A DNA stretch of 64,000 nucleotides. Origin: Rebecca billardiae RCC1528 (taxonomy: Eukaryota; Protista; Haptophyta). The notes beneath the pieces were generated by a model. That model was given only the letters and a program-made list of their open reading frames with translations. It was not told the origin of the DNA and did not search any database. Both the position numbers and the translations under genes were made by a program. The stretch is taken from the NCBI GenBank assembly GCA_965240325.2, contig OZ251234.1, positions 1,612,001-1,676,000 of the forward strand, given 5' to 3'. This document shows, piece by piece, positions 60,372 through 64,000 of the stretch. Each line of letters begins with the position of its first letter. Within the stretch, counting starts at the first letter, position 1.

Positions 60372-62630
60372 TTATATATCACGGCTGTCGCAGTGGAGGG
60401 GTGGTGCTGTTGATGCAGCAGCAGCATCACTGCTGGTGCTCCACACGTAGACAGCGTGGGGCAGCACATGGCCAATCCACACATCCACCAGCGAGCACAA
60501 CTCGCCTTCGAAGGCGGGCTGTCCTGCCAGCTCGTAGCCGACGACGAGTAGCTCCACAGCGCGCTGCCGAGCGGCCAAAGGGAACTGGTGGTGCGCTGCA
60601 GGTGACCACGGTGCAGAGGCGGCGACGATCGCCAGCGCCGCGTCATGGCCGGGCTCGTGCTCCAGCGCGCACAGCGCATTGCTCAGAGCGGAGGGCTCGC
60701 CAGCGTGCGGGTTTGCGCCAGCGCGCAGCTCGCAGAGGGCCTCGGTCAGCGTCAGCTCATTGACGTGTTGGAGCCGCGTATTCCACGGGGCGGCTTGCGA
60801 CAGCCACTCGGCGATGGGCGAGGCGCAGGAGCCGGCCAAGGCGCGGCGGACTGCAGGGTCACCTGCGCCGTGCGAGCAGAGCAACCTCACGCAATCAAAG
60901 TGGCCAGCGCTGCACGCGAGCGCCAGAGCCGTCTGTCCTTCGTCCCAGTCATCCACGTCGATCTGCACGCCGGCCTCAACGAGCAGCCGAGCGCACTCGC
61001 TATGCCCTTTGACGCTCGCAAAGTGGAGTGGCCGCCGGCCGTAATCGGACACGCCCTCGGCATCGCCGCCAGCTTCGAGCAGCAGCCGGACGCATGCGTC
61101 CTCGCCGTAGGCGCTAGCAAGGTGCAACGGCAGCTCGCCGAGCTCGGTCTCGGCATTCACGTCCGCGCCCAGTTCAAGCAGGGCACGCGCGCACGTCTCG
61201 TGGCCGTTGGCGATCGCGACGTGCAGCGGCCTCCAGCCTCCGTCTCCATTCGCGGCAGAATCGAGAGCGACGCCGCCCTCGGCCAGCAAGCGCAAGCATG
61301 CCTCTTGGCCTTTGGCGGCGGCGATGAACAATGCGTCCTGGCCGTCCGCGCTCCTTCGGCTTGGGTCTGCGCCGTAGCAGATGAGTATGGAAGCAAGGTG
61401 GGCGTGGCCCAACCCGCACGCGAGGTGCAGCGGGGTGCGGCCGGCTTCGTCTGCGCAGTCCACCTCTGCGTGTCCGGTGCGCAGGAGCTCGTACGCGAGC
61501 GCGCCGGCGCCCACCGTCGCCACAACATGCAGCGGCGTCCAGCCGTCTTCGTCCGTGCAGCTGATGTCAGCCCCAAGGTCCACCAGCTTGACCACGCACT
61601 CGGTTTGCGCGTTGGCGCAGGCCGCGTGGAGTGCCGTCCATCCGTCATGCACGCAGTTGAGATCTGCCCCGCGCTCCGCAAGCACTCGAACGCACTCGCT
61701 GCGGCCGTAGATGCTCGCAAGATGCAGGGGCGGCCGCGCGTCTTCGACGGTCGCGCTGTCGAGTGCCGCGCCTCGCTCGAGGAGCAGCTGTGCGCACGTC
61801 GCGTAGCCCGTGGCGCACGCCATCTGCATCGGCGTCCACGAGCTCCTCGTGCGGCTCACACTCGCTCCGTGGTCGAGCAGCGCGCGCATGCACTCGAGCT
61901 GACCGTTGGAAACAGCCAAGTCGAGCGCCGTGCGCGAGTGCTCCTCCACGGCGCGCACGTCCGCGCCGTGATCAAGAAGGCAACGCACCGATGCGCTGCA
62001 TCCGAGGCTACCCGCCACGTGCAGCGGCGTTCGACCGTCTCGAGCCGCATGATTTGCGTCTGCGCCGCCCTGCAGAAGGAGCAGCGCGCATGCGCAGCCG
62101 TCGTCCGTCAACATGCACGCGAGATGAAGCGGCGTGAAGCCGAGAGCTGATGGGCAGTCAACGTCAGCTCCAAGGTCCGCCAGCGCGCTTAAGCACGCAG
62201 GGTGCTCGCCCGCCGATGCAAAGTGCACGGGCTGGAAGCCTTCATCATTCGCACAGCTCACCTTGGCGCCGTTCTCGAGCAACGCGCGCACGCAGGCCAC
62301 GTGGCCATTGCCCGCCGCGAGGTGAAGGGCCGTTTGGCCAGCACGGTCGGCGAGATCGGTTGCAGCGCCACGCGCTACGAGCACACGCAGGCACGCCTCG
62401 TGCCCGTCCGCGGCCGCCAGGTGCAAAGCTGTCTGCCCACAGCGCGTGGGCCGATCGACGTTCTTGCCGAGCGTAGCGAAGAGGTCCGTGAGCTCCGCCG
62501 AGCCCACGGCGCACGCGAAGTGCAAGAGAGTCACCTCTTGGGTCGGGTTGACGCCGCTCTCGTCGCCCGCTTGGCTTCGGTCGTCGCCGCTCATCGAGCC
62601 GTCGCGCCACTCGCGCGTGCGGCTGCTCAT
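60372..62630 (-). CDS. Ankyrin-repeat protein with WSP..H..FP..AR.RAVELL C-terminal module
   Basis: About 17 ankyrin repeats (G.TPLH.A...G...C.R.LL..GA). Start may be 62687 or 62630. Confidence 0.9.
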   Translation of the reverse strand: MSSRTREWRDGSMSGDDRSQAGDESGVNPTQEVTLLHFACAVGSAELTDLFATLGKNVDRPTRCGQTALHLAAADGHEACLRVLVARGAATDLADRAGQTALHLAAGNGHVACVRALLENGAKVSCANDEGFQPVHFASAGEHPACLSALADLGADVDCPSALGFTPLHLACMLTDDGCACALLLLQGGADANHAARDGRTPLHVAGSLGCSASVRCLLDHGADVRAVEEHSRTALDLAVSNGQLECMRALLDHGASVSRTRSSWTPMQMACATGYATCAQLLLERGAALDSATVEDARPPLHLASIYGRSECVRVLAERGADLNCVHDGWTALHAACANAQTECVVKLVDLGADISCTDEDGWTPLHVVATVGAGALAYELLRTGHAEVDCADEAGRTPLHLACGLGHAHLASILICYGADPSRRSADGQDALFIAAAKGQEACLRLLAEGGVALDSAANGDGGWRPLHVAIANGHETCARALLELGADVNAETELGELPLHLASAYGEDACVRLLLEAGGDAEGVSDYGRRPLHFASVKGHSECARLLVEAGVQIDVDDWDEGQTALALACSAGHFDCVRLLCSHGAGDPAVRRALAGSCASPIAEWLSQAAPWNTRLQHVNELTLTEALCELRAGANPHAGEPSALSNALCALEHEPGHDAALAIVAASAPWSPAAHHQFPLAARQRAVELLVVGYELAGQPAFEGELCSLVDVWIGHVLPHAVYVWSTSSDAAAASTAPPLHCDSRDI

Positions 62631-63096
62631 GGCTCCACTGGTCAAGCGTGGCCCACCGGTCGCTCGTCCAAGATTTCTTTGGTCCAATGCTCACGAGCGC
62701 GCAGCGCCTCGACAATTTTGCGGGCGCGGCCGCGATTCGATCCGCGAAAAGATTTTATTCGATATTCGAATAAGAGCGTCGAGGACCCTAACTATAAAGC
62801 TAAGCCTAAGGGTCTTCGCGATCACAGTCACAGTGTTTGAGGCGCGCGCTCACCTCAGCAGCTCTTCGTAGAGTTGCAGGCCGCGTCGCACTCGGCACGG
62901 TGACACCCTGGAGGCTAGCTACCAAAGTTGACACTGGCCAGTGCGCAGCATGCGCTCGTCCGGCCCGCGCGGCAGCTGTGCCCGCCGTTCCGCCGGCAGC
63001 CGCCGCGCCGCTGCGACCCATGCGAAGGCACTATCCAACATATCCAGCAGCGATACGGCGCTCGCCACGCAGGGTCGCCCAGCGCCCGTTGGCCAC

Positions 63097-63516
63097 TCAC
63101 ATCGTGGTGCAGAATGACACGCCCTGGCACTCCTCGCAACGGTACCACTGCGCCGTCTGAGGCCGAGCGTTCGGCCGGCGGGTGAACTCGCGCCCGCAGC
63201 CGCGGCAGATGGCCACGCCGGCTTGGGGCGCGGGCTGGCCATAGACTACGGTGCTCGAAGGCTGCTCGGCAGCCGCCGCCTGCACGTACGCTGGCGGCGG
63301 CGGCCCAGCGGGTGTAGAGCCCGCGCCAACCACTTGTCCCGCCGCGACCGGGATGGCAGGCTGTGGCGCCACATGCGGCACGTTGATGACGAACTCGTCG
63401 CCAGGTGCGAGCCCGGCGGGGATGGTGACGTTGAAGAGCTGGGAGTTGTGCGTAATCTGCATCGTGTCGCCGCCCTGCTGGCCCTTCGGAACCTTTACGG
63501 TGAGCGAATCTGCCAT
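63097..63516 (-). CDS. Small protein with V.VP.G...GD repeats, CxxC...CxxC zinc ribbon and C-terminal CTTM
   Basis: VKVPKGQQGGDTM..., VTIPAGLAPGDEF, CRGC...CEEC, terminal CTTM*. Confidence 0.7.
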   Translation of the reverse strand: MADSLTVKVPKGQQGGDTMQITHNSQLFNVTIPAGLAPGDEFVINVPHVAPQPAIPVAAGQVVGAGSTPAGPPPPAYVQAAAAEQPSSTVVYGQPAPQAGVAICRGCGREFTRRPNARPQTAQWYRCEECQGVSFCTTM

Positions 63517-63783
63517 CGCGTCCGTCCGAAAGGAGGGAGGGGAGGCGTCTCGGTGTCCGCCGTGTCCAGAGCTCCACCGCCTGCCGAGCGGTGGGTCCAG
63601 AAGTTTCCGCCGCGTTCCTTCCTTTCGGCTTCGCTACCGGGAGGTCCGGTGTGTCAAGAGCGCCAAGCTCCAAAGCGGTGTGTGTGTCCGGCGGTTTGGC
63701 TCTGCGTTGGCCAGGTCTGGGTCATTTGAAGAGGGCGGCAAGGCACCGTCGCCCGGCATCGCGCCGCGATGGCGGCGTCACAG

Positions 63784-64000
63784 ATGGACTCGGTGATCCT
63801 CGAGGAGGATCTCGACGAGAACTACGAGCCTACGGAGGAGGGTGCGCGCAGCGGTGCTCCCTGCGCGGCGCGCGGCCTCGGCGCGGCGCGACGCGGCGGT
63901 GCGTGCGCGCGCGTGGGCCGAATCGGAGGTGGTGCGGTGCGCTGCTTCGCGCAGAGATCGTGGAGTACGCGAAGTGGCTCGGTATGGACCTGGACGCGGA
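63784..64000 (+). CDS. CEP164-like protein N-terminus (partial)
   Basis: MDSVILEEDLDENYEPTEE|EIVEYAKWLGMDLDA with intron 63842-63954; resembles the CEP164 N-terminal motif (LEEDYDE.Y.P.E.EI.E.A...G.D) that precedes the WW domain. Confidence 0.78.
   Translation, partial: MDSVILEEDLDENYEPTEEGARSGAPCAARGLGAARRGGACARVGRIGGGAVRCFAQRSWSTRSGSVWTWTR

Overview
Very GC-rich, gene-dense eukaryotic nuclear DNA with short GC-rich GT-AG introns. The composition, intron style and gene set (HemD with an N-terminal targeting extension, SmD3, AP-1 gamma, CEP164-like) suggest a haptophyte alga, possibly Pavlovales; this taxon call is inference. About 17 host protein-coding genes are supported: DUF350-like membrane protein (partial), HemD, a ~4,025-aa receptor-like protein, a NACHT-ankyrin protein, kinesin-6, a TupA-type ATP-grasp, SmD3, a GT92-like transferase, a glycine-zipper protein, a GAF-GAF-PAS-cyclase, an XEG113-like GT77, a pseudouridine synthase, AP-1 gamma adaptin, an SK-like channel, a helical-repeat protein, an ankyrin protein, a small zinc-ribbon/CaaX protein and a CEP164-like gene (partial). 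A transposon island (~29.2-36.7 kb) holds a pogo-type element (26-bp TIRs, TA TSD) and a hAT element (12-bp TIRs, 8-bp TSD), both with precisely definable ends. The most striking feature is the single-exon giant protein: FG-GAP head, extensin-like stalk, SEA-like and IPT/REJ domains, a GPS site and a polycystin-1-type five-TM anchor. Three signalling proteins have lost canonical catalytic or selectivity motifs (cyclase, SK-like filter, NACHT Walker A). An unexplained ~46-53-bp sequence occurs three times. All domain calls come from motif recognition by eye; no database searches were run.
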